Shown here piece after piece: positions 37,188-45,692 of a stretch of 64,000 bases of DNA. Each line of letters begins with the position of its first letter. The stretch's first letter is position 1. Made by a program: the position numbers and the translations under genes. The notes beneath the pieces are model-generated. The model saw nothing but the letters and a program-made list of their open reading frames with translations. It had not been told where the DNA came from and ran no database searches. Source of the stretch: an uncultured Mycoplasmatota bacterium (GTDB lineage Bacteria > Bacillota_I > Bacilli_A > RF39 > UBA660); the NCBI GenBank assembly GCA_900545005.1, contig UQXO01000002.1, positions 1,901 through 65,900 on the forward strand, given 5' to 3'.

Positions 37188-38957
37188 TTATTCTTCGATT
37201 TCTTTGGATAATTCTGGTTCATTTTCATTATTTTTTTCGACCGGATTATACCATTTACTTACTCCCTTATAAACAAGGTTAAGTTTACTTCCATTGATAC
37301 GGTATAAGTCTTGGGTTTTACTCTCTTCATCATAGTTTTTAGTCGCATACATTAAGTCATCGTTGATATAAATAAACGAATTAACATCATCGGCTAGTTT
37401 ACTATTAATAATACCATTATAAATAATAAGTTTTCCCGCATTATTAGCATAGTCTTTTAAATAGTATAAGGAGTTTTCTGATTCTGAGATTGTTAAATAT
37501 TCAGGATAAACATTGGTACTTACAACGCTACTCTTCCCATTATTAGCTATCTTTAAGGTATTAGATTCTCCATCTTTAACTAAGTAAACAAGACCCATAT
37601 CACTTCCCATTTTCTTAATACTAAGACTTAAATTTTCATCAAGAATTTTATATTCACTAGCATGTCTATTACTTACTTTACTATAATAAAGGGTATTATC
37701 TTCAGTAAAATAGATGCCATCACTCTTTAGATAGGTTACAACCGTATTATCGCTAACAGCTTCTTTAACTAAAGAAGTATCTATATCACTTTGATAATAA
37801 AGTCCATTTTCTTTTGTTGTCTCAATATCTTTTTTAAATTCTTCTAGAGAAGTATAATCAGCCAAATCAAAATTATTATTCCAGTTCATCTTGGTATAAA
37901 TAAGCATACGACTGGCAAGATCGTAAGTATAAACTTTATTAACTGAACTAGCAAGCAAAGTCGTAGTCTGATTATTTTGATAATACACATCAAAAGCACT
38001 TACGGTATAGTTTTTAGCATATTCACGCATCTTATTACGTTCATTTACTAAGGTCTCTTCAGCTTTTAATTTGGCTTTTTCTTCTTTTGATAATGATTCA
38101 TCATTAGATGCGACAAACTTTTTATCACTACTAGCTAGACTATCTTTAATATTATTATAGATATTTATGGTATCCTTAGTCTTCGCCGTATAAATAAACT
38201 TCGTAAAGTTAGCATTATAAGTTAATAAAGTATCTATATTTGTTAAGACTCTTTCATTATTAAAGTTGGTAAAATTATATAAATAGTAACTTAATGACTC
38301 ATCAGTATTAATAGTCGAATAAAGCATCTTCTTCCCATCTTTACTTAGAATAATATCTTCATAAGACTTAGCCACGGTATCAATAGTCTGATTATCAATA
38401 TCTTTAACTAAAAGAGAATTATCTTTCTCATAAATAACATAATCTAGAGAAACATCTAGAAGTTTCGTAACATTAGAATCTACTAAGTAACTAGAATTAT
38501 TCTTCCGATTATAGATATATAAGTCTTTGTTAGTCTCAATATAATAAACATACTTATCATCACTACTAAACCCATAACTAGAAGCTTTACTACTAAGAAG
38601 TTTCTTATCTTCGGTACTCGTGGTATCTAAAAGATACAAGTTATTAGAGTCAGTATACAAGATATGACGGATATCACTATTAGCATAGACAATATCAGTT
38701 TCTTTAATATCAGTAATATTATTAACATCATTATTACGAGTAATTACTCTTAGATGATTATCAGAGCCCATAAAGACAAAGGGATAATCAGGAGTAATAT
38801 TCGTACGGAATAAGCTACCTACTAAGAGTAAAAAAATAGATAAGAACATAATGCTAAAAACGATTAAGTAAGACTTAGACGATTTGACTATGTGATTAGT
38901 TCTTATTTCTTCTTCAGTTATTGTTAAATTTTTTTCTTTATTTTTTTTCTTTTGCAC
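37188..38957 (-). CDS. N-terminally anchored extracytoplasmic protein with beta-propeller-like Y/D/N-rich repeats (589 aa)
   Basis: TM helix YLIVFSIMFLSIFLLLVGSLF, then recurring ...LYY/IYY/VYY... strand-like segments. Confidence 0.55.
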   Translation of the reverse strand: MQKKKNKEKNLTITEEEIRTNHIVKSSKSYLIVFSIMFLSIFLLLVGSLFRTNITPDYPFVFMGSDNHLRVITRNNDVNNITDIKETDIVYANSDIRHILYTDSNNLYLLDTTSTEDKKLLSSKASSYGFSSDDKYVYYIETNKDLYIYNRKNNSSYLVDSNVTKLLDVSLDYVIYEKDNSLLVKDIDNQTIDTVAKSYEDIILSKDGKKMLYSTINTDESLSYYLYNFTNFNNERVLTNIDTLLTYNANFTKFIYTAKTKDTINIYNNIKDSLASSDKKFVASNDESLSKEEKAKLKAEETLVNERNKMREYAKNYTVSAFDVYYQNNQTTTLLASSVNKVYTYDLASRMLIYTKMNWNNNFDLADYTSLEEFKKDIETTKENGLYYQSDIDTSLVKEAVSDNTVVTYLKSDGIYFTEDNTLYYSKVSNRHASEYKILDENLSLSIKKMGSDMGLVYLVKDGESNTLKIANNGKSSVVSTNVYPEYLTISESENSLYYLKDYANNAGKLIIYNGIINSKLADDVNSFIYINDDLMYATKNYDEESKTQDLYRINGSKLNLVYKGVSKWYNPVEKNNENEPELSKEIEE

Positions 38958-39002
38958 AATAAAACACCTCTACTTATATTATCATATTAAACTAATAAAA
39001 AG

Positions 39003-40130
39003 TCAATTTAACTTTTCATACTCACTCTTTAAGAAACGATCAGTCATTCCGGCTATATAGTCAATTACTACGCGCTCCAGGCTAGTATTTTTCTTATAAT
39101 CTTCATTCATATATTTATAAAAATAGATATAGATATGACTAGTCTCGTTGTGCGTCTTTAAGTCAGATAGACTACTTTTAAAGACTTTATTAAACATTTC
39201 TTCCCATTTATCTAAAGTTTTGGAAGAATTTACTTTACTATAAATGTGTTCATAATTGAATTTCTTAAGATTAGATAGACATCTAAAAGCTTCAGGACTC
39301 ATTGCAATATAATCTTTATTAATACTGTTTTTTATGATGTCATTAATAAAGTAGTTAACAATCTCTTTATTAGTAAGTCCTGTAATCTGGATGATATCTT
39401 TGGGAAGCTCACTTCGTTTTAGAAAATTTAAGCGAATAGCATCTTCAATATCCCGACCTAAGTAGCTTATAATATCACTAATCCTAACGACACATCCTTC
39501 TAGAGTCATCGGAATAAGTGAGGTATTAGCATCTTTATCTTGATAAGTTCTATAATATTCTTGGAAGACTTCTTCTTTAGTCTTAGGAACAGGTTTATAA
39601 CAAGATAGTTCGAGCTCACCATTATGACACATAATAGCATCAATTACTTGGACGGTTAAGTTAAGACCAGAACCTTTATTTTCTAGAAATTCTAATTTGC
39701 GGACACTTTGGATATTATGATTAAAATAGCCTTCCCCTACTCTTAGGGAGATTCTATTCAAAATGGCTTCCCCAGCATGGCCAAAAGGCGTATGACCAAT
39801 ATCATGACCTAAGGAGGCCGCTTCGATTAAGTCTTCATTAAGTCTTAGGGCTCGCCCAATTGTCCTAGCAATCTTGCTAACAAGTTGGACATGAGTACTA
39901 CGACGAGTAATATTATCATTTAAGGTATCACTAAATACTTGAGTTTTATTAATATAACGCGTATAGGCTAAAGAATAAATAATTCGGTCGATATCATGAA
40001 AATATGGTGGGCGGATGTCTTCAGGCTCTGGTTTTACACGGTAAGCATCTTTATTCTTAGTGGCTAGAGGGCCTAAAAAGGTATCGTGATTCATATTTTC
40101 TTTAATCATTTCTATAGTCTTTGTATCCAT
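39003..40130 (-). CDS. HD-domain dGTP triphosphohydrolase-like protein
   Basis: RSTHVQLVSKIARTIG, ASLGHDIGHTPFGHAGE, DRFL at the C-terminus. Start taken at 40130 (MDTK) behind GGTGA; the track ORF extends to 40169. Confidence 0.8.
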   Translation of the reverse strand: MDTKTIEMIKENMNHDTFLGPLATKNKDAYRVKPEPEDIRPPYFHDIDRIIYSLAYTRYINKTQVFSDTLNDNITRRSTHVQLVSKIARTIGRALRLNEDLIEAASLGHDIGHTPFGHAGEAILNRISLRVGEGYFNHNIQSVRKLEFLENKGSGLNLTVQVIDAIMCHNGELELSCYKPVPKTKEEVFQEYYRTYQDKDANTSLIPMTLEGCVVRISDIISYLGRDIEDAIRLNFLKRSELPKDIIQITGLTNKEIVNYFINDIIKNSINKDYIAMSPEAFRCLSNLKKFNYEHIYSKVNSSKTLDKWEEMFNKVFKSSLSDLKTHNETSHIYIYFYKYMNEDYKKNTSLERVVIDYIAGMTDRFLKSEYEKLN

Positions 40131-40208
40131 TTTCATCACCGAGATTATTGTAACAAAAAAAGATTGCAAATACTAGGATTTATGTTAAAATAACCCCAGG
40201 TGGTTTTG

Positions 40209-40784
40209 ATGGATTTTGGAAATAATGTTGTTGTAGTTAATGGGATTTTAAGAACTAAGGATGAGGCTAGAAAACTATATTATGATGCTTTTGATTATAA
40301 TATGGTAACACTTTTAATTCCCGATAATCAAGAAGGCTTTATATTTTACCCTCAGCTTAATCTTGGGTATAAAGGCGATAAAGATTATTATACTTCTTTA
40401 GGACATGCAAAGTGTTTTGAAAAAATTAATAATTTATTATTAAGAGATAAGATGAATAATTATGCAATTAAAGATTTTGGTAAAATTCAGTCTCGCACTT
40501 TCATCGCTAGTAAATTTGTCGAAAAAGGAGCCGGCGTTATTATGCGTACTAGTAAAGATAATTTTGTACTTATTTTCCCTGGTTTAAATGATAATCGGGA
40601 AAAAAATATTCTGATGTGTGATAATGCTTTAAAGTTAATTGATTTATTAAAGGTTGATTTAACGAAGGGATGTTTTCAAATCAATGGGCAAATAATTTTT
40701 AATATTGAAGATTTCAAGGAATATTATAATCTTTTAAAAACATATGATCATCCTAAAAAAAGATATCGTAGAATAAGTAAGTAA
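40209..40784 (+). CDS. hypothetical protein (about 191 aa)
   Basis: ATG at 40209 preceded by AGGTGG; no motif recognised. Confidence 0.55.
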   Translation: MDFGNNVVVVNGILRTKDEARKLYYDAFDYNMVTLLIPDNQEGFIFYPQLNLGYKGDKDYYTSLGHAKCFEKINNLLLRDKMNNYAIKDFGKIQSRTFIASKFVEKGAGVIMRTSKDNFVLIFPGLNDNREKNILMCDNALKLIDLLKVDLTKGCFQINGQIIFNIEDFKEYYNLLKTYDHPKKRYRRISK

Positions 40785-40821
40785 AGATAGTTGTGATATG
40801 GCGTGAAGTTGTAAGATAAAA

Positions 40822-40851
40822 GTAGACACAAAAAAGATGTGTTTACTTTTT
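40822..40851 (+). terminator. rho-independent terminator
   Basis: GTAGACACA aaaaaga TGTGTTTAC (one G-U pair) followed by TTTTT. It contains the first ATG of the track ORF 40839. Confidence 0.75.
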
Positions 40852-40937
40852 CTTTTATTATTCTAATAATTGTAGTAAAATATTTACTTGGTATTAGCTT
40901 TAGAAAAATATATTATTTTTTAAAGAAAGAGAGAGTA

Positions 40938-41678
40938 ATGATGAAAAATAATATCAAAAAGCTGCAAACAGAAATTTATAAAATCCAATGTAAAAATTGG
41001 ATTAAAAATACGGCAAAAGGCACCAGTTCAGCCGGAAAAATCTTAGAAAATTTATTATCCAAAGAGGATGATAATCTAATTATAGCAGACTATTATGGCA
41101 TAGAATTAAAAACCAAGTTAATAAATAGTGAACCTTATATCAGTTTATTTTCAATGGTTCCTGATAATAGACCATTAATAATTAAAGAAATCCTAGATAA
41201 ATATGGTTGGCCTAGCCGCAAAGACCGAAGGTATAAAGTGTTTTTTGGTAAAATTACTGGAGATAAATTCTCTAAAATTGGTTTATTTAACGAATTCAAA
41301 TTAGAAATTGACCGAGACCACCAAGTAGTTTGGTTGCTAGTAAGAAATATATATTTAGGGAAAATTAATAAAACTATCTCGTGGTCTTTTGAGCAATTAG
41401 AAAATCGGTTAAAAATGAAATTATCTTATTTAGCAATAATCCCCGTTAAAAAAAGACTTTATAACAATGAAATTTATTATAAATATCACAATCCTAAAAT
41501 ATATAAATTTAAAGATTTTTATACTTTTTTAGAATTATTGCGTACGGGGGTAATTAGAATTAATATGAAAATAAGTTTCTATACTTCGGAAGAAAAGTAT
41601 GGAAAAATTCAGGATAAAGGTACTGCCTTTGAAATTCAAGACAAAGACATTGAAAAATTGTTTACGATAATCTCTTAA
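40938..41678 (+). CDS. MvaI/BcnI-like (MutH/Sau3AI-related) PD-(D/E)xK restriction endonuclease family protein
   Basis: SSAGKILENLL..., ADYYGIELKTK (D...ExK core), SLFSMVP. Size and order resemble the monomeric BcnI/MvaI family. Start moved to 40938 (MMKNN), past the terminator. Confidence 0.55.
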   Translation: MMKNNIKKLQTEIYKIQCKNWIKNTAKGTSSAGKILENLLSKEDDNLIIADYYGIELKTKLINSEPYISLFSMVPDNRPLIIKEILDKYGWPSRKDRRYKVFFGKITGDKFSKIGLFNEFKLEIDRDHQVVWLLVRNIYLGKINKTISWSFEQLENRLKMKLSYLAIIPVKKRLYNNEIYYKYHNPKIYKFKDFYTFLELLRTGVIRINMKISFYTSEEKYGKIQDKGTAFEIQDKDIEKLFTIIS

Positions 41679-41723
41679 TTAGCAATCATAGATTTCATCC
41701 TAAAACGATGAAATTATGACTTT

Positions 41724-42332
41724 TTATTTAATATATTTATTAACTATTTCATTTAGATGCATCATTTGTTTATCTAATTCTTTAATAATTAGAGAGTTTT
41801 CATACATCTTATCATAAACTTCTAAGGGAATTTTATCAGCATTATTAAATTTATATTCGATTTTATGATCAAGACTAGCCCAGAAGTCCATAGCAACTAT
41901 TCGTACTTGAATTTCTCCTTCAATGTATTTAGTCTTACCATCAAGATAAACTGGTATTAAGACATTAATATGATAAGAGATATAGCCAGTATCTTTAGGT
42001 TCTTTTATATAGTCTTGTTGACAGACAATTATTAAGTCTTGACTATTTCTTAAGATGCTTACGATATCATAGACATCGCTTAAGAAAGATACTACTATTC
42101 TAATACCAACAACATCATGGATGTTCTTCTTAATATTAGAAGCCGTATAAGAATAGCCCTTACTCTTTAGTTTTTTCTTAATACTATCTTCACTTTTTAT
42201 TCTAGACTTAATATGTTCAACAGGATTATAACCGTGTTTTAAAACAAACTCATCCATTAAAATATTTATTTCAGTTTCTAACATCTGAAGAGCATATTTG
42301 TAATAAGAAAATAATTTTTCTTTATCGTTCAT
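41724..42332 (-). CDS. small alarmone synthetase (RelA/SpoT-domain GTP pyrophosphokinase, RelQ/RelP type)
   Basis: HIKSRIKSEDSIKKKL, IHDVVGIRIVV, TGYISYHINV, GEIQVRIVAMDFWASLDHKIEYK; 202 aa. Confidence 0.85.
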   Translation of the reverse strand: MNDKEKLFSYYKYALQMLETEINILMDEFVLKHGYNPVEHIKSRIKSEDSIKKKLKSKGYSYTASNIKKNIHDVVGIRIVVSFLSDVYDIVSILRNSQDLIIVCQQDYIKEPKDTGYISYHINVLIPVYLDGKTKYIEGEIQVRIVAMDFWASLDHKIEYKFNNADKIPLEVYDKMYENSLIIKELDKQMMHLNEIVNKYIK

Positions 42333-42455
42333 TTAGATACTCCTTTCTACTCTATACAATTATTCTATAAACTCATATTCTTCCTTAGAACCTGTTTGGG
42401 ACTAAGGGGGGAAAAAAAATACCGTATATGTAATACGATATTAATAAACAATAAA

Positions 42456-42532
42456 TGGTCGGGAAGACAGGATTCGAACCTGCGACCCCCTGGTCCCAAA
42501 CCAGGTGCACTACCAAGCTGTGCTACTTCCCG
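42456..42532 (-). tRNA. tRNA-Pro (UGG)
   Basis: Reverse complement CGGGAAGTAGCACAGCTTGGTAGTGCACCTGGTTTGGGACCAGGGGGTCGCAGGTTCGAATCCTGTCTTCCCGACCA. Perfect 7-bp acceptor stem, anticodon loop TTTGGGA, CCA encoded. Confidence 0.9.
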
Positions 42533-42538
42533 AAACGA

Positions 42539-42615
42539 TGGTGCGCCCAAAGGGAGTCGAACCCCTAACCTTTAGATCCGTAGTCTAACGCTCTATCCAA
42601 TTGCGCTATGGGTGC
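42539..42615 (-). tRNA. tRNA-Arg (ACG)
   Basis: Reverse complement GCACCCATAGCGCAATTGGATAGAGCGTTAGACTACGGATCTAAAGGTTAGGGGTTCGACTCCCTTTGGGCGCACCA. Anticodon loop CTACGGA, CCA encoded. A3-C70 and G12-A23 are mispaired. Confidence 0.8.
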
Positions 42616-42655
42616 ATAAACTTTCAACGCAATATAATTGTATAATTAATCAACG

Positions 42656-42683
42656 AAAAAAGCAAGTTTTTTCTTGCTTTTTT
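42656..42683. terminator. symmetric hairpin terminator after the methyltransferase gene
   Basis: AAAAAGCAAG tttttt CTTGCTTTTT. Confidence 0.7.
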
Positions 42684-42695
42684 AATACTTTTTTA

Positions 42696-43466
42696 TTAAT
42701 TTTCGAAATTTAGATGCGTTTCTAAGGCTTCATCAAGGACTTTTAAGTCTTCATTACTTAAAGTCTTAAAGGTATTTTCTAAAATATTTGGGGGTAATTC
42801 TAAAGAATTAACATACTCTTTAGCAGTTCTTTTTGTTAATTTATCTAATTTAATAAGAGTTTCCATTAAACTATTGTGAATTTTCTTTTCATCGAGATAA
42901 AATAATTCTTTATAAATTTTATATTTTTTCGAAAATGGTTTATTAATTTTTACCATCTTTACGATAAAAGAATTAGTGCGAGGTGGTATATCAAATGATG
43001 AGGGAGGAACTTCTAGTAAAATATCTGTCTTAAAGAAAGAGTTAGTTATAACACTTAGTTTAGTAATTTTTTGATTAACAACATTTAAGATATAGCGTGA
43101 TCCCATTAACATATATAATTCTTGGAAATCAGTATCTATCATCTTATAGATAAATGGTTCGATGATACTATAAGGTAGTGAAGTTATAATCTTATCGACT
43201 TTGGGAATTTTAACATCTAAGACACTTCCCCAGATAATTTCTAAGTTAGGAATAGATTCTAAGAAAGGTCTTAAGCGGGTATCTAGTTCAATGGCATAGA
43301 GTTTCTTTACCTGAGGTGCAATAAGTTTAGTTAAAGTTCCTTTACCAGGTCCAATTTCTAGAACGGTATCCTCTTTAGAAAATTTAGGATAAGAAAGATA
43401 CTTTTCAATAATATCATTATCAATTAAGAAATGTTGGTCTAAATAATTAGAATCATTTGTAAACAT
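42696..43466 (-). CDS. rRNA adenine N6-dimethyltransferase family protein (Erm/KsgA-like)
   Basis: LDQHFLID, VLEIGPGKGTLTKLI (SAM motif I), LYAIELD, ITSLPYSI (N/S-LPY motif). About 256 aa from M at 43466. Confidence 0.7.
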   Translation of the reverse strand: MFTNDSNYLDQHFLIDNDIIEKYLSYPKFSKEDTVLEIGPGKGTLTKLIAPQVKKLYAIELDTRLRPFLESIPNLEIIWGSVLDVKIPKVDKIITSLPYSIIEPFIYKMIDTDFQELYMLMGSRYILNVVNQKITKLSVITNSFFKTDILLEVPPSSFDIPPRTNSFIVKMVKINKPFSKKYKIYKELFYLDEKKIHNSLMETLIKLDKLTKRTAKEYVNSLELPPNILENTFKTLSNEDLKVLDEALETHLNFEN

Positions 43467-43529
43467 ATTATCGCCTTCTTCTTCCCTTATTATAAAAGAA
43501 AAGAACCATTTAGACAATGATTCTTGTAA

Positions 43530-45692
43530 TTATTTTTTAAATTGCGAATTATAAAGATCAGCATAAAAACCATTTTTAGCCATCAATTCTTCATGAGTAC
43601 CTTGTTCAATGATGTTACCTTCGTTCATAACTAGGATAAGATTAGCATTTTTAATCGTGGATAGACGGTGGGCAATAATAAATGATGTACGCCCTTCCAT
43701 TAATTTATCCATAGCCTTTTGAACTAATTCTTCCGTTCTAGTATCAACATTAGAAGTAGCTTCATCTAGGATTAGGAAAGGAGCATTTTCAATCATACCA
43801 CGAGCAATAGTTAGTAACTGCTTTTGACCACCACTAATGGAATCATTCTCCCCTATTACACAATCTAAGCCTCCTGGTAAAGTTTTAATGAAGTGATCAA
43901 CACCAACGGTTTTACAAGCAGCCCAGATTTCTTCATCAGTAACGTTTTCTTGATTAAATTTAATGTTATCACGAATAGTACCATCAAAAAGCCATGTATC
44001 TTGTAAGACCATAACAAATAAATTATGGATATTTTCTCTGGTTAAATCTTTAGTTGAAACACCATCAATTAGAATATCCCCAGAATTAATTTCATAGAAT
44101 TTCATCAGTAAGTTAACCATTGTAGTCTTCCCGGCTCCCGTAGGTCCTACAATAGCAACCTTTTCCCCAGGATGAGCAGTAGCAGAGAAATCCTTAATGA
44201 TTAATCTCGTATCATCATAACCAAATTTAACATGTTTAAACTCGATATTACCTTTAACTTTAGCTTTGTCTAAAACTTTTGTCTTATCACTTTCGGTAGT
44301 CATTTCCTCTTCATCTAAGAATTCAAAGACACGTTCGGAAGCAGCAGCTGTAGTCTGTAAGGAAGTCATTGCTTGGGCAATTTGCGAAAGCGGATTTGTA
44401 AACAAACGAACATAAATCATGAAAGCGACAATAACTCCAAAAGTAATATATCCTTTCATAGCTAGTAGAGCCCCAACAATACAAACCATAACGTAACCGA
44501 AATTACCGATAAAGCCCATCATTGGTTGCATAAGGCCAGATAAGAATTGGCTCTTCTTGTTACATTCACGTAAGCGCCCATTTAGTTCATCAAAAGTTTT
44601 TGTAACTTCTGCTTTAGCATTGTAACATTCAACAACATTATGACCACTGTAAATTTCTTCAATATGGCCGTTAATGTTTCCTAACTCTTCTTGACGAGCA
44701 ATAAAATACTTTTGCGATTTTTTTAAGATTGAAATCATAAAGGTAAAACCAAATAAAGTAGAAAGAATGGCCGTAATTGCCATTACCCAGTTAGTGGTAA
44801 ACATCATAATAACAGAACCAATAAACAAGGTTACCGAACTAATTAGGGTTGCCAAACTTTGATTTAGGTTTTGAGCAATCATATCAACATCGTTAGTAAC
44901 ACGACTTAAAATATCACCGATTTCATGAGAATCAAAGAACTTTAATGGTAATTTATTTATTTTAACGGAAATACGAGTACGTAAGTCTTTTGCAAAACCA
45001 TTGGAAACGGTAGTCATTGAATAACTTTGAATATAACCAAAAATGGCACTTAATAAGTATAGGCAAACTAAGGTAATAATAATTTTCTTAGCAGCATCTA
45101 AATCCATTCTGGGTTTAATCAAATCATAAATAGAAGTTGGTAGATTATCCACAACTTTTAGGGTCTCATCAGTTACCATACTAGAATCAATATCTACTAC
45201 TTCATTTAGAAAAGTTATCTCATCTTCTCTACTAATAGTAGTTCCATTAACATTAATATCATCGATTAAGATATTTAAAATGTCATCTGGTAACGCTAGA
45301 ATATTCTTTAAAATAGTTTTTTGATCTTTAGCAGTATTAGCTTGCATACCAGCTAAAAATTCTTGGTAAGTAGCTTTATCTTCGAAACTAATATTTTCAC
45401 TAGTTAAGATAAGCATTGATTTTTCTTGGAGACTAGCCTCATTAAAATTATTAGTTATTTCCGTGATAACACTTTGTAAAACCTCAGTATTAGGTTTAAT
45501 TCCGTTAGTTACAACATCAGTTAGACTAGATAATTTATTAGGAGCCGTAAGAGAAAGAATGGCCGATAGAAAGGCAAGCGTTATAGCTAAGCCCATTAGA
45601 ATTTTCCATGGTTTTAAGTTGGCTAATAATCTTTTAATTGAACCAACAAAGTCTTTAGACTTTTCATTATTTCCGTGCATAGGTCTAGGCAT
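43530..45692 (-). CDS. ABC exporter, fused permease/ATPase (heterodimer subunit) with a large extracytoplasmic insert
   Basis: GPTGAGKTT, ISGGQKQLL, LILDEATSNVD. About 150 aa lie between TM1 and TM2. Confidence 0.9.
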   Translation of the reverse strand: MPRPMHGNNEKSKDFVGSIKRLLANLKPWKILMGLAITLAFLSAILSLTAPNKLSSLTDVVTNGIKPNTEVLQSVITEITNNFNEASLQEKSMLILTSENISFEDKATYQEFLAGMQANTAKDQKTILKNILALPDDILNILIDDINVNGTTISREDEITFLNEVVDIDSSMVTDETLKVVDNLPTSIYDLIKPRMDLDAAKKIIITLVCLYLLSAIFGYIQSYSMTTVSNGFAKDLRTRISVKINKLPLKFFDSHEIGDILSRVTNDVDMIAQNLNQSLATLISSVTLFIGSVIMMFTTNWVMAITAILSTLFGFTFMISILKKSQKYFIARQEELGNINGHIEEIYSGHNVVECYNAKAEVTKTFDELNGRLRECNKKSQFLSGLMQPMMGFIGNFGYVMVCIVGALLAMKGYITFGVIVAFMIYVRLFTNPLSQIAQAMTSLQTTAAASERVFEFLDEEEMTTESDKTKVLDKAKVKGNIEFKHVKFGYDDTRLIIKDFSATAHPGEKVAIVGPTGAGKTTMVNLLMKFYEINSGDILIDGVSTKDLTRENIHNLFVMVLQDTWLFDGTIRDNIKFNQENVTDEEIWAACKTVGVDHFIKTLPGGLDCVIGENDSISGGQKQLLTIARGMIENAPFLILDEATSNVDTRTEELVQKAMDKLMEGRTSFIIAHRLSTIKNANLILVMNEGNIIEQGTHEELMAKNGFYADLYNSQFKK

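Noticed and set aside
40839-40937. N-terminal 33 codons of the track ORF for the BcnI/MvaI-like gene
   Set aside because: The first ATG is inside the upstream terminator hairpin and the extension is a hydrophobic AT-rich read-through. The start was moved to 40938.
42365-42550. 61-aa minus-strand ORF
   Set aside because: It is entirely explained by tRNA-Pro and part of tRNA-Arg read as codons.
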